Made by a program: the position numbers and the translations under genes. Of a stretch of DNA of 44,472 nt, positions 35,564 through 44,472 are shown piece by piece. The stretch is from assembly GCA_040081625.1 (NCBI GenBank), contig JBEBGD010000038.1, positions 1-44,472 of the forward strand. Reading direction: 5' to 3'. Under the pieces are notes generated by a model that was given only the letters and a program-made list of their open reading frames with translations, was not told the DNA's origin and made no database searches. The DNA is from Chthoniobacteraceae bacterium. GTDB taxonomy: Bacteria; Verrucomicrobiota; Verrucomicrobiia; Chthoniobacterales; Chthoniobacteraceae. Positions within the stretch are counted from its first letter, which is position 1; each line of letters opens with the position of its first letter.

Positions 35564-35579
35564 AGCGTTTGGCGTGCCA
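35564..35579 (-). promoter_or_regulatory. Putative sigma54 -24/-12 promoter
   Basis: Minus strand TGGCAC-GCCAA-ACGCT with GG and GC at canonical spacing, in an AT-rich region about 40 nt upstream of ATG 35525. Confidence 0.5.
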
Positions 35580-35735
35580 CCGCTGTTTCTTCATTTTCTT
35601 TGTTCGTAGTAGGTCAGACCGCCGGACCTACCCGTTAGTTCAAAAAAACTTTTATCCGAGCCGCTTTTTCTGTCCGCTACAGAGAGGTTCGCCCGTTGCA
35701 AAAGTGCCCCGCACCGGGTCTTCTAGCCGCTTCCG

Positions 35736-37496
35736 ATGTCGATTTACCGCCGCGCGCTCGCCTACTACCGGCCTTTTCTCCGGCAGACCGTGCTCGCGGC
35801 GCTCCTGAATGTCGCCGCCATCGTGCTCGGGCTGCTGCGCCCGTGGCCTTTCGCCTACATCATCGATCACGTCCTGCCAGGCACAGTGCTGCCGGTGCTT
35901 GGCTTCGACTTCGCCGGCTGGGCGCCTGCCCAAGTCGTCGCCGCGATGTGCGGCGCGATGGTGCTCATCCACCTCGCCTCCGGCCTGCTGAATCTCGCGG
36001 CCGGCGTGATGTTCCTGCGCGTCGGACTCCAGGCGCTGCTGCGGCTCCGGACGGAGATCTACGCCTGCCTGCACTCGCTCGCGCTGAAGTTCCACGACCA
36101 GCGCCGCAGCGCCGACTCGAGCTTCCGCGTCGCCTACGACTCGCAATCGATCCAGACCTTCTACGCGAAGGCCATCTTCGTTTTTCAAAGCAGCTTCGCG
36201 ATCGTGAGCACCTTCGCGCTCATGTGGCAGCTCGACACGCAGCTCACGCTGCTCTCGCTCGCGGTCATCCCCTTCATGCTGCTCGTCCTGCTCCGCTATT
36301 CGCACCGCATCCGCGCCGCATCGACGCACATCGCCGAGCGCGAGAGCGACGTGCTGACCGTCGCGCAGGAGGGCCTCAGTTCGATCCGCATGGTGCAGGC
36401 GTTCGGGCAGGAGGAGCGTGAAGTGGCGCAGTTCCGCACGAGCGCGCGCCAGAGCCTCGAGGCGAACCTGCGCATGAACCTCGTCTCGATGCGCAGTGCG
36501 CTCGTGGTCAGCAGCCTCATCGCGATCAGCACCGCGGCGATGTATTGGCTCGGCTCGAATCACGTCCTCGGCCACACGCTCAAGCTCGGCGAACTCATCT
36601 GGATTTCCTCGCTCCTGCTCCTGCTCTACCAACCGCTCGAAGCGCTCACGCAAGTCGCGTGGGCGCTCGAGAGCGCGGCGGCGGGCGCGACGCGATGCTT
36701 CGAGGTGCTCGACCGCGCGGACGACGTGCCCGACGCGCCCGACGCGAAGACGATCACATCCGCGCGTGGCGAGATCGTCTTCGAGCACGCAGCCTTCGGC
36801 TACGAAGAGTCGCGCACGATCCTTCGCGATGTGAATCTGCGTCTCGAACCCGGCCAGACGGTCGCCTTCGTCGGCGGCACGGGCGCGGGGAAATCGACGC
36901 TCCTCTCGCTCGTCCCGCGCTTCTACGATCCGACCGCCGGCCGCGTGCTGCTCGACGGCACCGACCTGCGCGCGATCAGCAAAAAGTCGCTCCGAAACCA
37001 GATCAGCATCGTGCTGCAAGACACGCTGCTCTTCTCCACGACCGTCCGCGAGAACATCGCTTACGGTCGCCCCGACGCGACTGAGGAGCAGATCGTGGAA
37101 GCCGCGAAACGCGCGCAGGCACACGACTTCATCATGGCGATGCCCGACGGCTACCGCTCGCAAGTCGGCGAGCGCGGCGGCCACCTCAGCGTCGGCCAGC
37201 GCCAGCGCATTGGCATCGCACGCGCCTTCTTGAAAAACGCGCCCGTCCTCATCCTCGACGAACCGACCAGCGCGCTCGACCCAACGACCGAATCCGCGAT
37301 CATGGCCACGCTCGAAGAACTCATGCGCGGCCGCACCACCCTCATCATCACCCACCGCATCGCGACGATTCATCGCGTGGACAAGATCGTCGTGCTCGAC
37401 GGCGGCACCATCGCCGAGGAAGGCCGAGGCCCCGAACTCGTCGCGCGCGGCGGCGTGTATGCGCGGCTCTACCGCTCAGCGAATCTCGAATCATGA
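35736..37496 (+). CDS. ABC transporter, fused permease/ATPase (MsbA-like exporter)
   Basis: N-terminal TM domain; Walker [10 protein letters not shown], signature LSVGQRQR, Walker [11 protein letters not shown]. Confidence 0.92.
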   Translation: MSIYRRALAYYRPFLRQTVLAALLNVAAIVLGLLRPWPFAYIIDHVLPGTVLPVLGFDFAGWAPAQVVAAMCGAMVLIHLASGLLNLAAGVMFLRVGLQALLRLRTEIYACLHSLALKFHDQRRSADSSFRVAYDSQSIQTFYAKAIFVFQSSFAIVSTFALMWQLDTQLTLLSLAVIPFMLLVLLRYSHRIRAASTHIAERESDVLTVAQEGLSSIRMVQAFGQEEREVAQFRTSARQSLEANLRMNLVSMRSALVVSSLIAISTAAMYWLGSNHVLGHTLKLGELIWISSLLLLLYQPLEALTQVAWALESAAAGATRCFEVLDRADDVPDAPDAKTITSARGEIVFEHAAFGYEESRTILRDVNLRLEPGQTVAFVGGTGAGKSTLLSLVPRFYDPTAGRVLLDGTDLRAISKKSLRNQISIVLQDTLLFSTTVRENIAYGRPDATEEQIVEAAKRAQAHDFIMAMPDGYRSQVGERGGHLSVGQRQRIGIARAFLKNAPVLILDEPTSALDPTTESAIMATLEELMRGRTTLIITHRIATIHRVDKIVVLDGGTIAEEGRGPELVARGGVYARLYRSANLES

Positions 37497-38086
37497 CCAA
37501 CGTCCTCCCCGACCGCCGCATCGAACACGACTGGTCGAACCGCCAGATCCCGCCGAACATCACCTGGGGCGACGGCTTCTACTGCGAGAGCGCGCAGTGT
37601 TTCCTCCACTTCAAGGGCAAGCGCGAGCCAGCGGTGGAGATCGGCGAGCACGTCTCGGTGTATGCCGCGAGCCAGTTCGCCGTCAGCGAGCATGGGCATG
37701 TGAAGATCGGCGATTTCACACTGCTCGTCGGCGCGCTCATCACTTGCGAAACGAGCGTCGAGATCGGCTCGCACTGCCTCATCTCGTGGGGCACGGGCAT
37801 CGCGGATTCAGACTTCCACCCCGTCGCCGCCGCGCAGCGCCGTATCGATGCCGAGGCGCTCGCCCCTTTCTACGAAGGCAAGCCCGAGCGCCCGCGCGAA
37901 GCCGTGAAATCCCGCCCGGTGAAGATCGGCGACAATGTGTGGATCGGCATGAACGCGATCGTGCTCAAGGGCGTGACCATCGGCGACAACTCGATCATCG
38001 CCGCCGGTGCAGTGGTCACGAAGGACGTGCCGCCAAACACCGTCGTCGCCGGAAATCCGGCGCGCTTCGCGAAACGGCTCTCATGA
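37493..38086 (+). CDS. Left-handed beta-helix acyltransferase
   Basis: Hexapeptide repeats [38 protein letters not shown]...GNPAR. Confidence 0.88.
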   Translation: MTNVLPDRRIEHDWSNRQIPPNITWGDGFYCESAQCFLHFKGKREPAVEIGEHVSVYAASQFAVSEHGHVKIGDFTLLVGALITCETSVEIGSHCLISWGTGIADSDFHPVAAAQRRIDAEALAPFYEGKPERPREAVKSRPVKIGDNVWIGMNAIVLKGVTIGDNSIIAAGAVVTKDVPPNTVVAGNPARFAKRLS

Positions 38087-39243
38087 GCCGTTTCATCGTC
38101 ACCGGCTACATGGCGCGCTGCCCGATCGCCGGCGTCATCTGGCAGCACATTCACTACATCGTCGGCCTCCAGCGGCTCGGCCACGAGGTCTTCTACATCG
38201 AGGACTCGACCGCGCACCCGTATCACCCGCTCGCCTTCGACTACACCGCGGACTGGAGCTACACCGCCGAGATCATGCCGAAGCTCGCGCGGCAGTTTGG
38301 CTTCGAGTGGGGCTACCGCGCGCGCTGGCTCGACGACCGACCGACCGCCGGTTTGAGCGGCACGCGCATCGACGAGCTGTATCGCGAAGCCGACGCCGTG
38401 CTCAACGTCTGCGGCGAACAGGAACTTCACGAAGACCTGCTGCAAAGCCGCTGCCTCATCTACATCGAGAGCGACCCCGGAAAAGAACAGTGCGTCATCG
38501 ACAACGATCCCGCCGCGCCGATCCGCGAGACGCTTTCGCACTACCACGCCGTCTTCACCTTCGGCGAAAACATCGGCACGGAGCACTCGCCGCTGCCCCT
38601 GAACGGCGTGCCGTGGCTGCCGACGCGCCAGCCCATCGTCACCGACTTTTGGAAAGCGCACGCGTTGCCGCCGTCCGGCGCCGTCTTCACGTCAGTGGCG
38701 AACTGGAACACGAAGGGCAAAGACATCGAGTGGCGCGGCGCGAAATACTTGTGGAGCAAGGCGCTCGAGTTCCTCCGCTTCATCGAGGCCCCGCAGCGTG
38801 CCGGCGAGACCTTCGAGCTCGCCACGAACCTGCGCGACGACGCGACGATCGCGCGACTCCACGACCACGGCTGGCGCCTCTCCGACCCGCAACCGATCAG
38901 CATCGATCACGATCGCTACGTGGACTACATGCGCGCATCGAAGGGCGAGTTCACCGTCGCGAAGGATCAATACGTGCGGCTCAACACCGGCTGGTTCAGC
39001 GACCGCACCGCGTGCTACCTCGCGTGCGGAAGGCCCGTCATCACGCAGGAGACCGGCTTCACTCGCCTCTACGGCGGCGGGCGCGGGTTGCTCGCCTTCC
39101 GCACGCTCGACGACATCGCCGAGGCCGTGCGAGCCGTGAACGCCGACTACGCTGCGCACTCGCGCGCGGCCTTCGAGGTCGCCGCGGAACATTTCGAGGC
39201 GACGAAAGTCCTCGCGTCGCTGCTCGATCGCACTGGCCTTTGA
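38083..39243 (+). CDS. Putative GT-B glycosyltransferase-like protein
   Basis: ATGA-coupled start; [14 protein letters not shown]-terminal motif; C-terminal [24 protein letters not shown] donor-binding-like region. Confidence 0.65.
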   Translation: MSRFIVTGYMARCPIAGVIWQHIHYIVGLQRLGHEVFYIEDSTAHPYHPLAFDYTADWSYTAEIMPKLARQFGFEWGYRARWLDDRPTAGLSGTRIDELYREADAVLNVCGEQELHEDLLQSRCLIYIESDPGKEQCVIDNDPAAPIRETLSHYHAVFTFGENIGTEHSPLPLNGVPWLPTRQPIVTDFWKAHALPPSGAVFTSVANWNTKGKDIEWRGAKYLWSKALEFLRFIEAPQRAGETFELATNLRDDATIARLHDHGWRLSDPQPISIDHDRYVDYMRASKGEFTVAKDQYVRLNTGWFSDRTACYLACGRPVITQETGFTRLYGGGRGLLAFRTLDDIAEAVRAVNADYAAHSRAAFEVAAEHFEATKVLASLLDRTGL

Positions 39244-39310
39244 GTGCGCCTGCCGACTTGTGGTGCAGCTTTTCTTGAACACATTCTCCGAGCGCAGCGT
39301 CGCACTTCTC

Positions 39311-39823
39311 ATGAAACCGACCTCCTTTCTCGTTCCCTTGCTCGCAGCCGTCGCGCTCGCTGTCACACCGGCGACGACCTTTGCCAAGGACCGCAAAGTG
39401 ACCGTCCAACGTGATCTCGACGGCGACGGTCACTACAATAAGAAAACCTACAAGGTGCCGCATAACCGCGGCCACAACTACGGCCACAGCTACGGCCACC
39501 ACTCGCCGTATTACGGGCACAGCTACCGGCCTTACTCTTACGGCTACGGTTCGTCGTATTACGCTTACCCGCGCACGAGCTTCGGCGTCTCGTTTTACTC
39601 GCCGCAGACCGCCACGCGCGTCTATCGCGGCGTCGAATACAACAATAGCCTCGCGACCGACGTCCAGAGCGCGCTGCGGCGCAAAGGCTACTACCGCGGC
39701 GCGATCGACGGCGACATCGGTCCCGCCAGCCGCGCTGCGATCCGCGCGTATCAACGCGCTCACGGCCTCTCTGCGACGGGACGCATCGACTCCGCGCTCC
39801 TGCGCTCGCTGAGAGTCGGGTAG
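39311..39823 (+). CDS. Secreted protein with C-terminal peptidoglycan-binding domain
   Basis: Signal peptide; Y/G/H/S-rich linker; DVQSALRRKGYYRGAIDGDIGPASRAAIRAYQRAHGLSATG (PG_binding_1). Confidence 0.85.
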   Translation: MKPTSFLVPLLAAVALAVTPATTFAKDRKVTVQRDLDGDGHYNKKTYKVPHNRGHNYGHSYGHHSPYYGHSYRPYSYGYGSSYYAYPRTSFGVSFYSPQTATRVYRGVEYNNSLATDVQSALRRKGYYRGAIDGDIGPASRAAIRAYQRAHGLSATGRIDSALLRSLRVG

Positions 39824-39864
39824 TTTCGCTTTGCAGCGGAAGGCGGCGAGGCATAGTCGCGCCC

Positions 39865-40935
39865 GTGCGCGCCAGCCTCGCCACGATTTTTCTCCTGCTC
39901 GCAGCCGCTTCCCGCGCGGCTGAAGAAGAGCCGACCCCGACCGTCGCACGCGCACAAGCCGCCAGCGCGACAGTCTGGATGGCTCACGACGACTCGGCCG
40001 TGGATCGCTTCACGGAAAACCCGGCGGTCTCGCGCCGCATGGTCGATGCGGTGGTGCTCGCGGCGACCGGTGAAAACGAAATCGGCCGCGCGTGGCGGAA
40101 ACTCGTCGCGCCGGGCGACCGTGTCGGCGTCAAGGTCAACGCGGGCCCCGGCCGGAACTTCTCGACGCGCATCGGCGTCGTGCGCGCGATCCTCGCCGGG
40201 CTCGAGCGAGCCGGCGTGAGTCCCTCGAGCGTGCTCGTCTGGGATCGCGAGGGCGAGGATTTGAAGAATGCGGGCTTCACTTCCCGCACGCTCGGCTGCG
40301 CGGTGCGCGGCATCGACCCGCCGAAGGGCTGGGATCGCGCCGCGACCTTCAGCGCGCCCGCCATCGGGCGCTTGATCTGGGGCGACGCGATCTTCGTCGA
40401 AAAGAACACCCGCGCGCTCGGCAAGCCGACGACCGATTCCGATCAGGTCTCGTCCACAAGCCACTTCGCGACGATCGTGACCAGGGACCTGACAAAGATC
40501 ATCAACGTCGCCACGCTCACCGACGACGCAGGCGCCGGGCTCGGTTCCGTCTTCTACAACCTCTGCGTCAAGAACGTGGACAACTGGCGGCGCTTCGCCG
40601 CCGTCGAGCAGGGCGCGGCGGACTCTATCCCCGAGCTCTATGCGAGCGCGCACCTCGGCCCGAAGGTCGCGCTGCACATCCTCGACGGCCTCATCGCGCA
40701 ATACGCCGGCGGCCCCGATGCGAATCCCAACTACGCCTTCACTCACGCCACGCTCTACGCGTCACGCGATCCCGTAGCGCTCGACGCCCTCGCCGCGCGC
40801 AAGATCGACGAATGGCGCAAGCTCGCGAAGCTCCCGCCTATCGCGCGCCACGTCGAATGGCTGCGCCTCGCCGAGCAGATGGGCCTCGGCGAATCCTCCG
40901 AGTCGCGCCTCAAGCTCGTGTCCGTGACGCCGTGA
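39865..40935 (+). CDS. DUF362-like exported protein
   Basis: Signal peptide; PGDRVGVKVN, KIINVATL, ILDGLIAQYAGGP and ASRDPVALD motifs. Confidence 0.75.
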   Translation: MRASLATIFLLLAAASRAAEEEPTPTVARAQAASATVWMAHDDSAVDRFTENPAVSRRMVDAVVLAATGENEIGRAWRKLVAPGDRVGVKVNAGPGRNFSTRIGVVRAILAGLERAGVSPSSVLVWDREGEDLKNAGFTSRTLGCAVRGIDPPKGWDRAATFSAPAIGRLIWGDAIFVEKNTRALGKPTTDSDQVSSTSHFATIVTRDLTKIINVATLTDDAGAGLGSVFYNLCVKNVDNWRRFAAVEQGAADSIPELYASAHLGPKVALHILDGLIAQYAGGPDANPNYAFTHATLYASRDPVALDALAARKIDEWRKLAKLPPIARHVEWLRLAEQMGLGESSESRLKLVSVTP

Positions 40936-41798
40936 CCACGACCGACCTCGACGGCCCGTTGCTGCGGAGCGTCTCGCGCTCCTTCTACCTCTCGATCCGC
41001 CTGCTGCCGCAAAAGCTGCGCGCGCCCGTCGGCCTCGCCTATCTGCTCGCGCGCGCCAGCGACACGATCGCCGACAGCGCCGATCTTCCCGCGATCGAGA
41101 GGGAGAAATATCTCGCTGCTTTTCTCGCCATGGTTCGCACTGGCGGACGCGAAGGCCTGGCGGAAATCCGCGAGCACGTCCGTTCGCCGCACGCGGGCGA
41201 GAACGAACTCATCGCGCAACTCGACCGCTGCCTTGCGTGGCTAGAGTCGCTGCCGGAGTTCGATCGCGCGGAAATCCGCGACGTGCTCGGGAAGATCATC
41301 CGCGGCCAGACGCTCGACGTGCAGCGCCCCGCGCTGAACAACGACGCCGAGTTGGAGGAATACTGCTACCTCGTCGCCGGCTGCGTCGGCGAATTCTGGA
41401 CGCGCGTCTGCGTGCATCACCTCCCGGGTTACAGCTCGCTCCCGCCGGATCGTCTGAACGCCCTCGCGGGCGACTTCGGCAAGGCGCTCCAGCTCGTGAA
41501 CATCCTGCGCGACTTGCCGGAAGACGTCCGCGCCGGCCGCCGCTACCTGCGCCCGGATGACTTCGCCCGCTGGCACGAGCGCGCCGTCGTGCTGCTGGAG
41601 TCCGGCCGCGAATACATCCGCTCGGTGCGCCCGGCGCGCGTCCGCGCAGGCTGCTTCCTGCCGTGGGATCTCGCCCGCAAGACCCTCGCGCTGCTCACCG
41701 CCCCGCCCTCGCATCGCATCAAAGTCCCCCGCTCCGCCGTGCGTGCGACGCTCTGCCGCACCCTGCTCGCCGCCTTATCCAATGCCCCGCTGCGCTAG
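40932..41798 (+). CDS. Squalene/phytoene synthase family protein
   Basis: GTGA-coupled start; SVSRSFYLSIRLLP, YLLARASDTIAD, YCYLVAGCVG and LQLVNILRDLPED. Confidence 0.88.
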   Translation: MTTTDLDGPLLRSVSRSFYLSIRLLPQKLRAPVGLAYLLARASDTIADSADLPAIEREKYLAAFLAMVRTGGREGLAEIREHVRSPHAGENELIAQLDRCLAWLESLPEFDRAEIRDVLGKIIRGQTLDVQRPALNNDAELEEYCYLVAGCVGEFWTRVCVHHLPGYSSLPPDRLNALAGDFGKALQLVNILRDLPEDVRAGRRYLRPDDFARWHERAVVLLESGREYIRSVRPARVRAGCFLPWDLARKTLALLTAPPSHRIKVPRSAVRATLCRTLLAALSNAPLR

Positions 41799-41843
41799 TT
41801 CGCGTTTGCCAAGCCCTGCGCGTGCGCTTGAATCCGCCGCCTC

Positions 41844-42341
41844 ATGAACTCCGCCGCACAACCGCCGGTCGCCATCGTGATGGGCAGCAAATCCGACTGG
41901 GACACGATGCAGCACGCCGCCGCGATGCTCACGCAGCTCGGCGTCGCGCACGAGGCGCGCGTCGTCAGCGCCCACCGCACGCCGGACCTCATGGCTGACT
42001 TCGCGAAGAACGCCGCCGGGCTCGGCGTGAAAGTCATCATCGCCGGCGCGGGCGGCGCGGCGCATCTGCCCGGCATGATCGCTGCGCACACGCGCCTGCC
42101 GGTGCTCGGCGTGCCGGTCGAGAGCAAGGCGCTCCGTGGGATCGACTCGCTCCTTTCCATCGTGCAAATGCCCGCGGGCATCCCCGTCGCCACGCTCGCC
42201 ATCGGCATCGCGGGCGCAAAGAACGCCGCCCTGCTCGCCGCATCGATCCTTGCGCTCGCAGACGAGAAGGTGCGCGCCGCGCTGGAGGACTTCCGCGCGA
42301 AGCAAACGGCTGAGGTGCTCGCCGCCAAACTAGACTCGTGA
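41844..42341 (+). CDS. purE: N5-CAIR mutase
   Basis: [27 protein letters not shown] and [13 protein letters not shown]. Confidence 0.95.
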   Translation: MNSAAQPPVAIVMGSKSDWDTMQHAAAMLTQLGVAHEARVVSAHRTPDLMADFAKNAAGLGVKVIIAGAGGAAHLPGMIAAHTRLPVLGVPVESKALRGIDSLLSIVQMPAGIPVATLAIGIAGAKNAALLAASILALADEKVRAALEDFRAKQTAEVLAAKLDS

Positions 42342-43486
42342 GCGAACAGAAAATCTTTCTCCCCGGCTCGACCGTCGGCGTGATGGGCGCCGGCCAGCTC
42401 GGGCGGATGTTCGCCATCGCCGCGCGCCGCATGGGCTATCGCGTCCACACCTTCTCGCCCGATGAAGACACGCCCACGGGCCAGCTCGCCGACAAGGAAG
42501 TCGCCGCGAGCTACGGCGACGAGGCGGCGGTGCGCGAGTTCGCGCGAGGCATCGACGTGCTCACCTTCGAGTTCGAGAACATCCCGAGCGGGACGATCGC
42601 GTGGGCCGCGGAGGAATGCACCGTCCGCCCCGCCGGTCGCGTGTTGCAGATCTGCCAGCACCGGATGCGCGAGAAACATTTCCTGCTCGCAGCGCGCCTG
42701 CCGCTCCCTCGATTCATCGAGGTGAACTCCGAGGCCGATCTCATCGACGCCGTCGCGAAGCTCGGCACGCCGTGCGTGCTCAAGACCGCCGCTTTCGGCT
42801 ACGACGGCAAAGGCCAGGCGAAGATCAACGAGGAGACCGACCTCAAGGCGACATGGGCCCGCTACCACGGTGCGCCCGCCGTGCTCGAGGAGTGGGTCGA
42901 GTTCGAGCGAGAGATCAGCGTCATCGTCGCGCGCAGCGCCACGGGGCAGATGGTCAGCTACCCCGTGTGCGAAAACCGGCACGAGCATCACATCCTCGAT
43001 CTCACGATCGCGCCCGCGGAGCTCGACGTGGAAGTCGCGGGCCGCGCGCGCCAGCTCGCCGGCACCGTCGCCGAGGAACTCGGGCTCATCGGTGTGCTCG
43101 CCGTCGAGATGTTCCTGCTCGCCGACGGCGAAATCCTCATCAATGAACTCGCGCCGCGCCCGCACAACAGCGGCCATTTCAGCTTCGACGCCTGCATCAC
43201 CAGCCAGTTCGAGCAGCAGCTCCGCGCCGTGTGCGGCCTGCCGCTCGGCAGCGCGGAACTGTTGCGCCCGTGCGCGATGGCGAATCTGCTCGGCGACCTG
43301 TGGGCGAACGGCGAGCCGAACTGGGCCGCGGCAGCCGCATATCCCGAGGTGAAGATTCATCTCTACGGCAAGGCCGCCGCGCGCCCCGGCCGCAAGATGG
43401 GGCACCTCGTCGCGTTCGCGCCGAGCACGACCGAGGCCGCCAGCCGCGCGCTCGCCGCGCGCGAATCCCTGCTCGTGCGTCCTTGA
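42338..43486 (+). CDS. purK: N5-CAIR synthetase
   Basis: [34 protein letters not shown] and RKMGH. Confidence 0.95.
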   Translation: MSEQKIFLPGSTVGVMGAGQLGRMFAIAARRMGYRVHTFSPDEDTPTGQLADKEVAASYGDEAAVREFARGIDVLTFEFENIPSGTIAWAAEECTVRPAGRVLQICQHRMREKHFLLAARLPLPRFIEVNSEADLIDAVAKLGTPCVLKTAAFGYDGKGQAKINEETDLKATWARYHGAPAVLEEWVEFEREISVIVARSATGQMVSYPVCENRHEHHILDLTIAPAELDVEVAGRARQLAGTVAEELGLIGVLAVEMFLLADGEILINELAPRPHNSGHFSFDACITSQFEQQLRAVCGLPLGSAELLRPCAMANLLGDLWANGEPNWAAAAAYPEVKIHLYGKAAARPGRKMGHLVAFAPSTTEAASRALAARESLLVRP

Positions 43487-44451
43487 TGGAAACGATCGTC
43501 GCACCTGCGGGAGATATCGCCCGCGCCGTCGAGTTGCTGCGCGCAGGCGAAGTCGTCGCGCTTCCGACGGAGACCGTCTATGGCCTCGCCGCCGACGCGA
43601 CGCGCGCCGATGCGGTCGTGAAGATTTTCGAGGCAAAAGAGCGCCCGCTCTTTGATCCGCTCATCGTCCATCTGCCCGACGCCTCATGGCTTGGTCGTGT
43701 CGCGCGGCACGACGACGTGATGGTGCTCGTCGAGGATCTCACGCAGGCCTTCTGGCCGGGCCCGCTTACGCTCGTGCTGCCGCGCTGGGACGCCGTGCCG
43801 GACATCGTCACCAGCGGCCTCGACACCATCGCCGTCCGCATGAGCGCGCACCCGGTCTTCCGCGAAATCTGCCGCGCCTTCGGCAAGCCGCTCGCCGCGC
43901 CGAGCGCGAATCGTTTCGGCCGCATCAGCCCGACGTGCGCCGGCGATGTGGTGAAGGAACTTGGCGGACGCATCCCGCTAGTCGTCGATGGCGGCCCGAC
44001 CGAGCACGGGCTGGAGTCCACGATCGTGCGAGTCGAGCCGGACAAGCTCACGATCCTGCGCGCAGGGCCGATCACACGCGAAGAGCTGGAAACCTTCGCG
44101 CATGTGTCCCATGAGACCCATGGGTCCCATGAGTCCCCGCAAGCCCCCGGCCAGCTCGCGAGCCACTACGCCCCACGCACCCCGCTGACCCTCGAAACCC
44201 GAAACCCGAAACCCGAAACCCGAACCGCGCTCCTCGCCTTCCGCGCCGCTCCGAAAAACTCCGCCGACTTCGCCGCGATCGAGATCCTCTCTCCGACCGG
44301 CGACCTGCGCGAAGCCGCCGCCACGCTCTTCGCGAAACTCCGCCGGCTCGACGAAGCCGGCCTCGATCTCATCGTCGCCGAGTCGGTGCCCGAGCACGGA
44401 CTCGGCGTCGCAATCATGGACCGCCTCCGCAAAGCCGCCGCACGTGAGTAA
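43486..44451 (+). CDS. tsaC: L-threonylcarbamoyladenylate synthase (Sua5-type, with C-terminal SUA5 domain)
   Basis: PTETVYGL, KERP..DPLIVH, FWPGPLT, AAPSANRFG, GLESTIV, PGQLASHYAP and AIMDRLRKAA. Confidence 0.93.
   Translation: METIVAPAGDIARAVELLRAGEVVALPTETVYGLAADATRADAVVKIFEAKERPLFDPLIVHLPDASWLGRVARHDDVMVLVEDLTQAFWPGPLTLVLPRWDAVPDIVTSGLDTIAVRMSAHPVFREICRAFGKPLAAPSANRFGRISPTCAGDVVKELGGRIPLVVDGGPTEHGLESTIVRVEPDKLTILRAGPITREELETFAHVSHETHGSHESPQAPGQLASHYAPRTPLTLETRNPKPETRTALLAFRAAPKNSADFAAIEILSPTGDLREAAATLFAKLRRLDEAGLDLIVAESVPEHGLGVAIMDRLRKAAARE
44107..44138. repeat. Nonamer tandem repeat in frame within tsaC
   Basis: TCCCATGAG ACCCATGGG TCCCATGAG TCCCC, encoding SHETHGSHESP. Confidence 0.65.
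44193..44226. repeat. Heptamer tandem repeat (CGAAACC)x4 plus a partial copy within tsaC
   Basis: CGAAACC CGAAACC CGAAACC CGAAACC CGAACC, encoding ETRNPKPETRT. Confidence 0.8.
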
Positions 44452-44472
44452 ACCCGAGAACAAGTTCTCCAC

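Noticed and set aside
44456..44472. Short palindrome GAGAAC-AA-GTTCTC after tsaC
   Set aside because: It is cut off by the window edge; too short to call as a REP or terminator.
1..44472. CRISPR arrays, tRNA/rRNA genes, transposases, integrases, reverse transcriptases or DGR repeats
   Set aside because: I found no repeat-spacer periodicity or diagnostic motifs by eye, and nearly all of the sequence is accounted for by CDSs.

Overview
High-GC bacterial chromosomal window. The gene content (PVC-type heme-binding CxxCH protein, multiheme/TPR protein, FabV, archaeal/eukaryotic-type ProRS) suggests Verrucomicrobiota, probably Chthoniobacterales-like; this is an inference. The backbone is housekeeping: pdhA/pdhB, proS, an M20 peptidase, trxA, accC/accB, fabV, purB, purE/purK and sua5/tsaC. 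Accessory modules are interspersed. (1) A tightly coupled three-gene RM-like island: ParB/Srx-like protein, PD-(D/E)xK-like protein and C5-cytosine methyltransferase, next to vapBC. (2) An uncharacterised MotA/TolQ/ExbB-like motor with two different ExbD-like coiled-coil partners, only one of which keeps the channel Asp. It is flanked by a secreted Lon-protease-like protein with a degenerate catalytic dyad and by a MarR regulator. (3) Three toxin-antitoxin-like pairs, two of them inside housekeeping gene runs, including a HicA that has lost its canonical start and GSH histidine. (4) Several small palindromic or tandem repeats, some in frame inside proteins. I saw no rRNA, tRNA, CRISPR array, integrase or transposase. 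All calls come from reading motifs by eye; no database searches were run.
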